Under the pieces are notes generated by a model. That model was given only the letters and a program-made list of their open reading frames with translations, was not told the origin of the DNA and did not search any database. A program made the translations under genes and the position numbers. A stretch of 63,519 nucleotides of DNA, filler included, from Sphacelaria rigidula (Eukaryota): assembly GCA_964200075.2 (NCBI GenBank). It is 5 parts of 5 records of this genome, joined end to end, with 100 filler letters (N's around TTAATTAATTAA, not from the genome) between each part and the next. Parts side by side here need not be neighbours in the genome. Positions count along the whole stretch, not along the records: positions 38,175 to 50,797 come from CAXNAA020003560.1; positions 50,898 to 63,519 come from CAXNAA020003561.1; 3 more parts are not named here. The stretch is one strand, 5' to 3'. The stretch's first letter is position 1. Each line of letters opens with the position of its first letter. This document shows, piece by piece, positions 38,175 through 51,332 of the stretch.

Positions 38175-38489
38175 CTGTATGGCCATTTTTTTCGTGACAC
38201 TTTTAGCTGGTTTGGGGGGGGGGCTACCGTAGAAAGTGTCTCAACAATAGAATGTTCTCGGGAGCACCTATCGATAGCCGGTGACGCCAACGATAGGTTT
38301 TACAAAATATGTTGCTCACTGCAGTGGTCTTATGACATCAACGGCAATGTCCCTTACACATCAGCACCCAACTACGTAAGGCGATAGCTGGCCATAGCTG
38401 GCTTCTGTGGAATAAGATGGAAACATACATCGAAAAATGTGCGTATATAGCGCTAGTGATCGACGTCATTCTGCTACTTAAGTGATCAG

Positions 38490-38660
38490 CAATATATATA
38501 TTGGTGGCCGCGATTCAGGTTTCATTGTGACCGGCAATATACGTCGGTGGCCGCGATTCAGATCCTATTGTGACCAACAATATGTATTCGTGGCCGCGTG
38601 GCAGATCCTATTGTGAGCAGCAATAGACATTGATAGCCGCAGTTCAGAGCCTAATGCAAC
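38490..38660. repeat. ~43-bp minisatellite, 4 diverged units
   Basis: caatat..ggtggccgcgattcagatcctattgtgacc starting at 38490, 38535, 38578, 38621. Confidence 0.8.
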
Positions 38661-40893
38661 AAATAAAATGTATCGACAGACAACTTGGCCCCTCCATTGT
38701 CACGGCAATGATGAATTTTGTCCCTTGTTCAGAATCTATTGTCGCCTACAGAAACTATCGATAGACAGACATTGATGCCAGTCGATTATGATTGACGATG
38801 AACATTGACAGACATATTTTCGGGGCTATTGCAGCGTCAATGTTCTATTGCACAGTCTATTGTCCAGGGTATAATCACATCTGACCCACACAGAATAGTA
38901 CTGTAAGCGCTCATGTCCATCAGAGGGACAACCATAAGTACCAACACCACACCAACAACAAAACTTGAGAAAAAATGTCCACACATACTGCGGATCCCTA
39001 CAAAATACAAGCGTTCCATAATTGTAGAAAGGTGACGTCATATATTCACAACGTAGTATCATCATATACACACTGTATGTCCACCTGCGGCTTCTCTACC
39101 GTACTTCGACGAAGTATAATATACTCCATACGTAGTATGTTACAGTGTAGGTGTGGCAAGAGACTACAGAAAATATCCATCGGTAGGCAATGCATATCAC
39201 AGTAGATTCTGGTATGTATCTATCGATATTCATTGCCGCCATCAATAGATTTGGTATACAATCTGTTAATAGCCATCGTCTTCATCAACAGATTTGGCAC
39301 GCGGTCTTTCGATAGCCATTGCCATCATCAATATATTTGGAAAACTATCGATCGATACACATGGTCGGTCACAAAAGATTTCGGTGTAGGGTCACAAGAG
39401 CCTGCTGCCCGGACACGTGTGTGGGAAGCTGGTCTATCGATAGATATTGCCAACGACAAAAGGAAGAGAAACTTGCCGATCGATGGCCATTACGGACGAT
39501 AATATTGGCATCTACTGCAGCAGACTATATTGCTATTGCAATAGATGCCGTCCATTGTCCAGGGTGTGCAATCATAACATGAGGGCCGTGTGTCGTAGGG
39601 TGACTTTCGGGATAATTCTGAGCGACAGACGGCGAATATACCGGCACATGATATTTGGAACAGTACTCGTACAGTCCCTGCTTCAGGGCGATCTGGGTTA
39701 TTTGCACATGATCTTTCACGGCCAGGGTGGGCAATCTGGGCCTCAAAAGTCATTTTTGAAGTGAAAACGATGCCGTTTCAGCAGACAACAAGCAGACAAC
39801 CAACCCTGGTGGTGAAGGGGTTACTTGGAATGCTCAACTCCCATCCCCGGGTCAGACGCCTCATTAAATCAATACTTCGAAATAACAAAAGAATTCGGCA
39901 AACTGCATGTGGAGCGGGACGGATTTGCTTCATAACCGCCAATCGGATTGCTCCATTTTGCTCGAGAACGGCCAGGAGAGCAGTCTAGAACCTAGTGTTC
40001 GTGCGGCCGAATCTCACGGCCAGTGACGCCAGCACTCACGTACTATTAGTAGTACATATTGCAGTACAGTACAGTACAGTACACGGCCCCAACGCACAGT
40101 ACGAGCAGGAGTGTCGCAGCAGCGGACAGCGCCTTGTTTGTTTTACGAAGGACGAAACAGCCAACGCACCTTGAAGTTTTCAATAGTGTGCAACCAGCAC
40201 TGCGCGCCGACGAAGATTTTTTTCTGAGGAGACGACCACAACGATAATATCGCAGCTCATGCAATCCGAACCGTCTTCGCAATGCGTCAACACACCAGAG
40301 TGCAGACAACGAAAGCTTCAACACATGAGAGAGGGCGTGAGTGTGCTTTTGTTGCGGTACAGTGAAACGGGACATGTCCCATGTTTTCGTTCCCCGCCTG
40401 ATTGTGGACAGTCCCTCAAATGTGGGCGAGTGCCGAGTTTGAACGCTCGCCCATAGTCGCGCTTCTTTCAATTCACCCTGGATTACCTTATTTGTGTGTG
40501 GGAGGTCTGAGTTGTGATGGGAACTTCGCCCGCTAATTTGATTCAGCAGATTTTGTCCCGGTACATGTTCAGTTTGCCAAATCTAGGAAAAACCGGGCGC
40601 AACGGTGGTGCTCTCATAGGTACGGGTTGAATATCATAGTGCAAACCCTAGGTTCGAGTAATAAAGTTTGTGTTTTTGGCGCGTGCCCATACATTTCATG
40701 GTATATTTCATACGAGTATTAGAACAGACTTGATTTCAGTGTGCACTCCGTCACACACATTCTTGCCGGCCTTCTGGGGCCCGCAGCCGTCGTACAGTAC
40801 TATGTGGCGGCCGGATGACAATCAGGACAACAATGGTCTCGCAAGGAGTTTGTGTAGCCAACGTTCGCTTCGGGCGTCGCCGTGCCTGTGGTA

Positions 40894-41745
40894 CAGGCTG
40901 GTTCACGCGTACCATCCATAATTGTCTCATCAGCGGTTGCCTTCCGCGATACCTACCCGATAGTTGCATGCATGGTATCATATTGACGGCAATGAGCAAA
41001 TGAAGAGGGTGACATAGCCGGGTTTTTGTTCAAGGCCGTGGCGGTGGCGCAAAGGGCGAAAAGGTACCTCGACCAATCAGCCCCCTTCAAGTTGTGTTGG
41101 AAATTCAAACATGAGTTTTCACCCCAATTTCTACTCAATCTCCACATGCTTCAAATCGTATTAACCGCCATCAGCTCGGGAATTTAACGGGAAAAAACGG
41201 TGTTAAAAACGGTTACAGTACCATGGATCGGATTACACCCGAAACCGTGGTATTTCCGTGATGCGGGGTTTTGGCGTCGTCAGATTTCCACTGATGATGG
41301 GCACCAAAGATCCAAAAGCCACCTTACAATTTCCCTGAAATCTGTTGTAAAGAAGCCCTGGTCGCCCACAAACTTGGCAGTTCTATAAGTATTGGTGCTC
41401 CAAATGGAAAGTGTATTATGGAAGAATATTTCGTTTTTCTCCGTTTTTGACCGGTTTCAGGGGGTCCCAGCGTGAAGACCCCCGGAAGCTGGTACAGAAA
41501 ATCTCACAATAAAGGATAATTAAAAAATGCGTCCGTGGATGGTCGAAGGAACATACGTACCAAGTTCGGTTGCGGAACTCGGAAACCTGATGCAGTTTTT
41601 CTCGCATAAACGTTGAACATACTGGAAACAAATGTTTTTGAGACTAAAATCAAGTAATTTGGAGTGTGAACGTTTCAAGCTCACTTCATCGCACAAAGCG
41701 CGAATCTCCACGCCAATTTTCGGAGTTAGACTCTGAAACTTTGCA
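40894..41745 (-). mobile_element. Tc1/mariner-type MITE family D fragment
   Basis: TA|caggctggttcacg end, then the reverse complement of the 57950-58746 body. Confidence 0.75.
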
Positions 41746-42030
41746 CACACACACTATGGAACATTGGTATTTTTGTATGAGTGGAGTCTTTGCACTTTCT
41801 TCTTTATTCGCCAGTTTTTGTCGGTCCCAGGAGAAGAGATGTGTATGCTATACCCTTCTGGAACCCCCGATAACTGGCGAAAAAAGAAGAAAGGCCAAAA
41901 ACCCATGCATAAGAAGTTTTGGAATGCCTCTCTGGGACCCCCAATGACTGGCGCAAAAAGGAAAAGTAGGAAAACGCCGCTCGTAGCAAGTGTTGTAATG
42001 TCCTGTAGTAGATGTGTGCAAAGTGTCGGT

Positions 42031-42307
42031 GTATGTTTCGTCCGAGCAACAAAAAACAGCACACACCGAGGACGATCGAACTGTGTCATCTCATGCCTCG
42101 TCGCCGAAGCCGTGCAGGATGCAGCAATAAGCTGAGGGCAAAGGAGACTGCAACGCCAGCCCTAGCCCCCGCAACCATACAGCGTTGCAGTCTCCTTTGC
42201 CCTAAGCATATTGCTGCATCCTGCACGGCTTCGGTGACGAGGCATGAGATGACATAGTTCGATCGTCCTCGGTATGTGTTGTTTCATGCTGCTCGGACAG
42301 AACATAC
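42031..42307 (+). ncRNA. Long near-perfect hairpin; candidate pre-miRNA/hairpin RNA (or unrecognised MITE)
   Basis: 92-bp arms 42065-42156 / 42182-42273 with 88 Watson-Crick pairs, 2 G-U (on + strand) and 2 mismatches, 25-nt loop, plus ~34 bp looser outer stem. The hairpin is certain; function and strand are inferred. Confidence 0.4.
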
Positions 42308-43239
42308 CCCAAGGAGACTGCACGGTACTCACATCAATGCTGCTGGCTTCCTATTGTTGGCTGTCGTGCTGTTGTTCTGGATGGCTCGTGTTGATGAGTG
42401 CCGTGCGGACAGTACTCACCTGGTGCCCACTGCCTGGCCAAGACTAGCGTATCTCGCGGTATAGATACAGTCGGCACCGCGACAGAAAGTTTTTGAGAGA
42501 TACGATGGTGGAGAAAACAAAGCGCTCTACGCACGGGACATCAGACAGCTAACGTAAACATGTACCTCATCTCTCTTGCTTGCGTGTGCGACAACGTGTG
42601 TTAAGGCGCTTGCTTCCTTCCGGGCACACTTGCTTGATGGTGTATCTGATGACTGTGAAAATAATATCATGATGCTGACTGTACATTTTTTAGCTCCTCT
42701 GCTGCTACCATCCGGGGCTATAGCAACCTAACGAAGAGAAATGAAGCCCAGGCCAGGCCCGGACAACAAATACCCAAGCAGTGCAATCTTGTTGAGCTCT
42801 CTGCGGTAGATAAGGCTTGAGTCGCGCGTGTATTCACCAAAAACCTGAAATGGAAGCCGGTCAAGAAAAATGGAAAACAACGAAAAAATAGCTGATTTCA
42901 TACAGAGGTGGTTTCCAGCCGAATTAGGGAATGTTTGCACTATTTTCGTAGTTAAAGATTTCACTTGTTTTTTCGCGTGCCACACCTCATCACAGTGAAT
43001 TTTCGATCCCGAAGTTTGGGATTCAGGAGATACTAGGCACTCGCTCCACATTCCGAAACAATAATCATGTCTGCGCTTAATATTGAACGAGTTGTGAACT
43101 GAACTGAGAAGGGGTGTTACTGGCCGTTTTTCGTCCAGAACATGTTTCTTTCCGGCTCTAGCGTAATAGGTGAAAATATAAAAAATGGAACTGCAAAATT
43201 ATTCACGAGATTTATCGGGATTGGTTCAACCCCCCCCCT

Positions 43240-43312
43240 ACGTTCCGTCTCGAAAGGGATGCGTGGTCAATGGTTGGTGACAACGGCAAGCAACAAATTA
43301 GTACCCCCCCCC
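43240..43312 (+). repeat. Poly(C)-tailed family A2 copy flanked by C-runs
   Basis: (C)n-tacgttccgtctcgaaagggatgcgtggtcaatgg...gcaacaaattagta-(C)n. Confidence 0.75.
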
Positions 43313-44277
43313 GCGCGCGCGCTTGTGCTTTTCAGAGCTCGGTTGGGCAATTTCCGTGGTTGGGTATTCCCTGAATTTTCTATATATTCATTATTTCTTG
43401 GCGCTTTGAACTCCTCGCATCGATAGATATCATGAACAGCAGGTCGCGCTCAGGACACAATCTTCCAGTTGGTGTTAACGGGGTGATACGGAGTAACTGC
43501 GTCGTTTTCAGAGAGTGTTACCGACCATCACTGGTCCCCAATAATACAGTTTTTCGGGTCTAGCGCAGTGAATAGGTGGAAATGAAAAAAATATCATACT
43601 ACATTTTGTTCACGAGGACGACCGGGATTGCTTTAATCGAGCAAAAATACCCACGGGTCGGAGCCTGGGGCTGGCTAGTCACAGCGTCCCTCAATTTTTC
43701 TAGCCCAGAGATGATTCTATTTCGGAATTTTGAGCGGATACCTAAAATCTCCCATCCCCGAACTTTGGGATCAGACGTTCACTAGGATGAGCGGTCGCGC
43801 TCGAGAAAACTATTGGAAATCGCTGGCTACGAAAATTTTACAAGAACCCCCAAGTTTAGCCTCAAAATACTGTAATTTAATGACAACCCGTATCTATGAG
43901 CTCAGTGCCGGGCCAACCGTGGATGTGGAGGAACACCGAAGGAGATTTCACAGGCACACTTCATGCGCATACTATGAAACAAACGTCACCCCGGCGTGGT
44001 CGGAACAGTTTCGTCCAATGAAACCACGCTCCACGTGAGGCCATATTCCGTGCAGATGAGGATTTCTTGTCGATTTAACTTTTTTGGAAGGATCCAACCG
44101 ACCCACATGGTGATTTCTCTTGTGTTTTTGTGCCGCTTAGCCAAGATCATCATAGTCCATGACGTACAGGAAGATATCAAAGCCGCTGGACCAGAACATC
44201 GCCCATGTACAGCGGGATCAAGACACAAGAAAATCGCCGTTTGGTCCGATTAGATTCTTGCACAAAAAAGTCTCGTA

Positions 44278-44865
44278 GGCCGCTCCTTATAACAGACAAA
44301 AAAAAATCTGGAAAAGTGCCTTTTTGGAGCTTTGACGTCGTTCTACGCCCCATAATCGAGCTAGGTGGAAATTGACACCTTGGAATGACTTGCTCTACTA
44401 GTTGAGGCGATTCCAGGACATCTTCCCGTTTTCCGGTGGCCGCAGTTTTCGTTTTGGCCAAACAAGAATCTTTGCCCAAGAACGGTAAAAGACAATCAAG
44501 TCCAGAGGAAAGTTGAGGCGATTCCAGGACATCTTCCCGTTTTCCGGTGGCCGCAGTTTTCGTTTTGGTCAAACAAGAATTTTTGTCGAAGAGCGGTAAA
44601 AGATAATCAAGTCCAGAGGAAAGTGGCGATTTTTTTAGATTTGACTGTTTTTTACCGTTCTTGGACAAAAATTCTTGTTCGACCAAAACGAAAACTGCGG
44701 CCACCGGAAAATGGGAAGATGTCCTGGAATCGCCTCAACTAGTAGAGCAAGTCATTCCAAGGTGTCAAACTGCGCCTAGCTCTCTTTTTGGGGCGTCGAA
44801 CGACGTCAAAGCTCCAAAAAAGCACTTTTCCATTTTTTCATTTTTGTCTGTTAAAAGGAGCGGCC
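44278..44865. mobile_element. Palindromic PIF/Harbinger-like MITE with internal 111-bp tandem duplication
   Basis: Ends ggccgctcctt / aaggagcggcc, flanks GTA/TTA. Arms pair throughout; unit 44400-44510 is repeated at 44511-44621. Confidence 0.85.
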
Positions 44866-45148
44866 TTACCCACGAGAAAAATTACATCCCCATGAAAGAT
44901 ATCCTGAAGTCTGCCCGACTATGTTCATGTCATCATACTATCAGCTGCCGTGGGAGATCGACTGTTTGCGAGGTACTCTGGATTCGAAATTCTGTGGGGG
45001 TGTGAGTTTCAGGTGGGGTGTGTTTGAGCGAAAGTGGTTGCACCGAGATCACCTGAACCCACTCAAAGCGGTTGTGGTGATGAAGCCGTGAAATGTGTGA
45101 CCGTGTCACCTGTGCATCCAGACGGTTGAGCTATCAATGGAGAAAGTT

Positions 45149-45462
45149 CAAGGTTGTGTTCTGTTGGGTATACCCGAAAGTGAGGGAATTTTCGGATGGC
45201 GTACTAAACAATACCGAAATGTGTACCGGACATTGCGGTATGGTCCGGCAGAGTATGAAGTCTTGTTCCGAACAATCCCGTATGGTTCGGAAGAGTATTA
45301 ACCTGTAACAAAGTTCTTGTATATACCGGGGAGAGATGGATTGATCCGTTGAGATGACGGACTTGTCCCGAGGAAGGGAAGGGGTTCAAAGTGCGACTAA
45401 AAAAAAAGAAACTCTGCAAATGCCGGAATTTCAGCTGGTTCACCCTACGGAACGCAACGTTG
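45149..45462. mobile_element. TIR element carrying a SINE S2 tail insertion (45324-45410)
   Basis: caaggttgtgttctgttgggta / caccctacggaacgcaacgttg imperfect IR; S2 tail with A-run inside. Confidence 0.55.
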
Positions 45463-46740
45463 AAAAATTCAGTTGTTGCAAAATCTCATGTCTATGCGTT
45501 TGAGACGTGAGTGACTGAGCGTTGTTCGAAGGCACGGCAAACACAACAACGTGCGCTGGCCAACGTCAGCAATGGCTGGAACAGTATTTTCCCCATCTAC
45601 ACCTCGGTACCGAAAGCTTTGTTCACTTCACGATGTAGCATAAGTTTTGCCCAGAAACCGCGTCAAGTGTAAAATAAACAATGCCGCATGGTTCTCTGAC
45701 AAAATCACAGCCGTGAACGTGTCACGCCTCACGTCTTGAGTCATTACTTGACCATTTCAATGCCTTTCCGAGCGAGACCAGGATTGTCTGAACGCCCCCA
45801 ACGTTTTCGACACGTGGTTTGCACAAGCCTTTGCCCTTCTGGCTGTACATTGAGCTGTGCACCCAAATGAGGCTGCAATACGGGCGTAAGAGTCCAGGCT
45901 GTGACCCTCAATACAGCAGCAAACGACTCCTTGAAGACCACGCCCCAGATTCAGAGGGTCCGAAAGTACCGGTGATATCTAGCTGAGATTACCGAAAAAT
46001 GCCGAGCCCAGATTACCGAAAAATACCGGAACTATAATATTGCATGACCACAACCCCGGTGATCTGACCAGACATATCACCTCCTGTTACCATTTGGTCA
46101 GGTGATCTGAGGGCGTTTCTTGTCATGGGAGATACGTGATTTTGATCTTGATTTCAGATCTAGGTCCGCCGCTGGCGGCGAAAATATTTGGGAAATGTAT
46201 GAGAGTTTGGCCCATAGCGACCATTTGTGACAGGGAGAGCTGAAGGACAGCCGATCCGACGAGTTCGGACGGTGACCAAGAGAGTTGCACTTTAATCAAA
46301 ACAAGAGCTTGATAGCCCTCGAGATGGCTCTTACTCGACCACGCATGGCATACGTCCTTAATCTTTGATCCGACAGAAAGCCAGGTTGCGGTGACTGGAT
46401 CGTGTTCTCCAACACGCACAGCACGAATTGTGCCCCACCTGACACTCTGAGCCTCAACGACTGCACAACAAAGTATGTATGTGCGCACGTCGCTGGTGCT
46501 TGCTCACTACTGAACCGAAACACCAGACCGGAGAAACAACTTGTATTGCAGTGGGGCCGGGCTGACTGTGGATGTGTATTTTTCTATTCTGCAGGAGTCC
46601 GCACGTGATGCTGCATGCCCTCGAACGTGAGGCACACATTTGCCTCTTATTTACATCTCAAAACCTTCCTGACACGCTCTGATGAGCATACAAGCTCTTC
46701 ACGCCGCATACTCTTGTTATTAACACAAAAAACATTCAAC

Positions 46741-47064
46741 TTGACGATTCTGCGAATTGTGTCGGTTCTTGACGAAGACTCGGGAAATCAAAAGCGCCTT
46801 CTTGACCCCTCGGTTCAGCAGGCGAATCACAGCACCGTACTGTATTTTCAACTTCGAAAATGCACACCCTGGATAATGGCGATAAAGAACGTTGTCAAAA
46901 AGACTTGACGATTTTGCGAAGTATGTCGGGTTTTGACGAAGACTCGGGGAATCAAAAGCGCCTTAGTGACCCCTCGGTTCAGCAGGCGAATCACAGCACC
47001 GTACTGTATTTTCAACTTCGAAAATGCACACCCTGGATAATGGCGATAAAGAACGTTGTCAAAA
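46741..47064. repeat. 164-bp tandem duplication inside a dispersed repeat (family G; relatives at ~18770-18950 and 47810-47960)
   Basis: ttgacgatt..gcgaa at 46741 and 46905, near-identical units. Shared motif gtactgcatac.gt...gtctattgcaa. Confidence 0.85.
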
Positions 47065-50000
47065 AGTGTACTGCATACAGTGAAGAATCTACTGTCTATT
47101 TGCAATAGATGTAGTAGTCGATACCGTACATGAATTGTTTCCGACAATGTAATCTATTTTTCAGGGTGTGAAGAAATGTGGGCACACAGCCTGGCCGCAG
47201 GTAATGAGGTGGTCCAAGTCATCTTTTCGGCCGAGCTCACCGCATAAAAGTTGGCCTGAAAGCCCCGTTCTGCCAATTGTCGGCTTCAATATCTTTAGCT
47301 TCCTTGTGCTGCACGTCACGATCGAGTGTTACCCTTAGCAGGGTCACTTCAGATACCACGCCATGAAAAACTGCATTGCGAAATCCCATGCAGAACTGCA
47401 CTACTGTTTTCTAGACGATAAATATTAATAATGACCAATCAATCAAGCATCGCGCTCTCCGAGCTTGCAACGCGTCCCAAGCTTGCTCTAATGCACACAT
47501 TGCGGCCTTTTCTCACACGTAAATGAGTCGCGGACGGGCTGTTGTTGTTTTTCAAGGACGGAGGAAACCTCACCCAACACTTACCCTGCGAACGGGCCCG
47601 CGTGCCGAGTTCCCGGAGGCTCTGCTAGACCACCGTGTGGCGTCATCTGAGGCAGGCGCCGTGAGGGGTTCGCAAACTTTGCTCAAAAACAGTGGGGGTC
47701 CGACCCACTTCAAACCCTCTGTCAAGTTAGCGCCTCGAACTTTTGGAAAGCTTTGCTCAAGGCTGTGTGGGAGTTGAACCCAAACAAACCCCATACCAAT
47801 TCGGCGAAGTGCTTCATACCCTGGACAGTAGAATACACACTCAAAGAGTGTACTGCGTACAGTATCGACTATTGCGCATATTGCAATAGACAAACAGATT
47901 CCATACTGTACGCGGTACATTTTTTGATAATGGAATCTATTGTCCAGGGTGTGCAGTGCTTGCGCCGCCATCTCTGCCCGAACGATGCAATAGACGTCAT
48001 AACCAACAGCACGTGCATGCCTATGGCATACATGTGGCCTAGCACTGCTGTACTGCAATTGTGCTCGATTCTCAGGGGCACTTTCAGCAAGCGAGGATCG
48101 ATGTGCAAGCTAGAAGATATTTGCAACAAGATCACTCCGCATACAAACTTACATACACTAAAGGAATGTAGTGTTTCGGGTGGAACATTCGCACGGCGAT
48201 AAATCACAGGACGAGGTCTTCATCGGGTTTTGTTTGCGTTGGAATTCTCTCACTCATAATTTTCAGTGTCGTCAGAATATTGTTGTTTGTCATGGAAAAT
48301 ATTCAGAAGAGCCAGTACAAAGAACCTCATGAAAAAAGAATGGACACGCAAGTTGCACGACAGCAACTCGGCAGATTCCCGAAACGAATGGCTTCGCGTG
48401 ACTCCCTTAGCTCGCAGATTACAACAATATCCTCGGCTGGCCCTGGGTCACTGCCTTGTGAAAGATATAGGTATCCGACATGTTTTGGATTCCTTGGCCG
48501 GTCCGGCTTGTATCGACATCGATATTGACTGATACCGACAAGATACTCTCGGGGAAGGCGGCACTGAAAACGGTATAACTTGACACCGACAGCGATGTTG
48601 GCGACAAGACATAGCAGTGTTTGGGCGCTGTCATGTGATATTCACAACGTAGCGGGCAAAAGGGTGAAATATTATGGTTGTTTGTGGCATTTTGTATCCT
48701 CGAGTATGGCGTGTCCTACCAATCCAAGCAAGTCGAAAAGTCGCGTAAGGGTATTGAGGGATACTTTTTGTAGTGGCAGATTCCATGCGTTCTACGCACT
48801 CCTGAGACCGAAAACTCCTTCTGCATGCTCATCCCCGGATCAGGTATAGCGCCTCGAGCGGTAATGCCGATACGTTCAAACCCGGGGACATGATGACCAC
48901 ATCCCTGGGTTTGGGAAGGCGTTGAGAGCGGAAGGACATTCTGATCGGACTCGAACATGGCCATTTTAATATATTCAATGTATATTGCAGAAAAATTGAG
49001 CACGTCCCATGCAAGCGTCGCGCATAATTTTGATTAATTCTCAATCGATCTGGCCACAGTTCAACCCTGCGTTCCACTTCAAAGATATTTCCGCAAAAAC
49101 TACGAAAAGTCGCAGCAATAACAACACGGGAACAGATTGGCGCTGCAGTACCCGAATACTCCACGACTCCACCACCACTCAAATTTGCAGGATACGCACG
49201 AGGGCAGCGAGTGATTGAAAATATCCGCCCCGTTTCAGGCACGGGCTTCATGACCTGACTCAATCGCGACGGCCAGACCGAGGCCATCACCTTACACTCG
49301 AAGGTGCTACGGTCCCCGTCCCCCTGCCAACCGTAGCTGATGACGGGCAACAGGACGTGATCAACCTTAATAACTAGAAGCACGAAAAACCGGCTAAGAG
49401 TGCGCAGAAGAGAAGACCACGAGAATTAAAGTGCGGGCGATCGGCCGGCTGGGATCAGGAGGGGATGCTAAAGGGTTGAATCACGGGCAGCCCCCCCCCC
49501 GTGGCCACCTCACCCCTCCCTTACACTGTGGTACCGTATCGCGCGGAAGCGGCGAAACTGGCTGCTGAAGCGATTTAGAGAGGTCGTGAGTCTGTCAGGA
49601 GTGAAGCTATGGCGTGCCCCATGATACCGGCTATGTGGGGTACACGGAATCTACCTGCAGTGTGTGAGAATACCGCAGAGTCTTTCACTATGTCCAAAAT
49701 CGGAACGGTTTGTGCTGCGACCCGCTCGTCTCTTCCTGGTCCTGCATGTGTATGCAGCTATTCATGATGTACGACCATCTCACGCCTTTGGCAACAATGG
49801 GAAAAAGAAGAGGCGCATACATATCGCTGGAACTACCCATCATGCTCCGGTGGTGGAATGGACGGAAAACCGATTGGCATGTTCCTCGGACACGTTCGTT
49901 AGCAACGTCCCCCAAGCATGAGCGGACGACGGGCAACATTTATGTGCCGATATGGTCATGGAGTATGACCTAGTGCGCACAGTGGCTCTCAGTGTTTCTA

Positions 50001-50726
50001 TTATATTTCTTCACTACCAGCTGATAAACTACGTGTACACGAGGCCGTTTGAGTTCGCCACCTCGTGTGGATCGTCGACGTTCTTCTTGTATCTCAGAGT
50101 CGCCGGAAAAAAAATGCGCTTTATGCCGAAGACATGGGTACATCTCGCGACAAGATCATACTCCTGTACGGCTACATATAAAACGGACAACCTACATGAA
50201 AAAAGAAAGAAAGATCTGCTTATGACAGCTACTTACTCACCACGTGCAGATTTCAAATTTGGTTAGCAACGTCTTCGACTTCATTCCTGTATGCGAATGG
50301 TCCTGATGGCGTTTTTTTCATTATTTTTGTAAACGAACGCAAAAAGGTCCTGACCGAGGCATGGCGAAGCACGCGGGTACGGGTGTCGATCGAGGACTGC
50401 ACGCCTCACACCGCCGTGATCGCTTCGTTCGGAGCCGAGCCGACCCCGTCAAGGCATGAACTTCTGGCGCCGTCGACGCTGGACCGAAACGGGACGTGTG
50501 GCGTGGACGTGATAACAAGGCCGTCGTACACGAGGGACGGCGTATGGTAAGAGTGCTGCACTGCGGGTACTCTCGGGGGAGTAAAACGTGTTTTTTCGCT
50601 TTTCGTTCTGCTTGCGCTGTTCGAACAGTGGTCGTGCTTCCCCGTGGAGTAAAATTCACGGGTATTCTCGTCTCGGGATACCAAGATGAAAGCGACCAAG
50701 AGACTGACTCGCGGTGTCTCCAACCG

Positions 50727-50797
50727 AGGGGGGGCGCGGGGGGGGTGTACTCATGATCATGCATGCCATAGTCATATGACCATTGACCTCGCATCCC
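50727..50797 (-). repeat. Poly(C)-tailed family A copy at scaffold end
   Basis: Reverse complement of 1-72. Confidence 0.8.
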
Positions 50798-50897
50798 NNN
50801 NNNNNNNNNNNNNNNNNNNNNNNNNNNNNNNNNNNNNNNNNTTAATTAATTAANNNNNNNNNNNNNNNNNNNNNNNNNNNNNNNNNNNNNNNNNNNN
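50798..50897. other. Artificial scaffold spacer
   Basis: N44-TTAATTAATTAA-N44. Confidence 0.98.
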
Positions 50898-51332
50898 CCC
50901 GGCTGATGCGCTCACATATACCGAAAGGTGTTGACTGGTGCCCAGAATAAATGGGACGACAACACACACACAAAAGTAGACTTAACGGTCAACGAGGGAA
51001 AGGGACCGCTGAACCCCTCTCGCGATAGAAAAAAAATGAAGCCAAGCACCGCAAAAGCAAGGTTGAGGTACTAACAACGAACGAGAAAGAAAAAAGCTCC
51101 CGTGTTGACCTTCCTCCTGTGTGACCCCCGCTGATGTGCTCACATATACCGAAAAGTGTAGACCGGCGTCCAGAATGGAAAGGACGGCAACAAACACAAT
51201 TTAGATATGAATACATCGGGAACCTCGAGTTCGGGATATCTCTTGTGATAGTATGTGACCCAGGCTGGTGCGCCCACATGTCGCCAAAGGTGTAGAGGGG
51301 CGTCCAGTATAGATGGAATGATGACACACACA
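50898..51332 (+). mobile_element. Cluster of three SINE family B 3' ends
   Basis: Tail motif at 50898-50970, 50984-51200 and 51255-51332, each ending in CA-rich sequence. Confidence 0.8.

Noticed and set aside
38490-38660. CRISPR-like array (also 29226-30480)
   Set aside because: Units are homologous along their whole length with no unique spacers; eukaryotic context and no cas genes.
39723-39808. hAT-like MITE (CAGGGT..ACCCTG)
   Set aside because: Very short IR, no 8-bp TSD and no second copy.
48200-49383. Minus-strand gene around ORF 48829-49383
   Set aside because: Coding-like but fragmented across frames with no identifiable family; not supportable as a CDS.
12672-50853. TTAATTAATTAA motif with 12.7-kb periodicity as a biological signal
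   Set aside because: It is an assembly linker embedded in fixed N runs.
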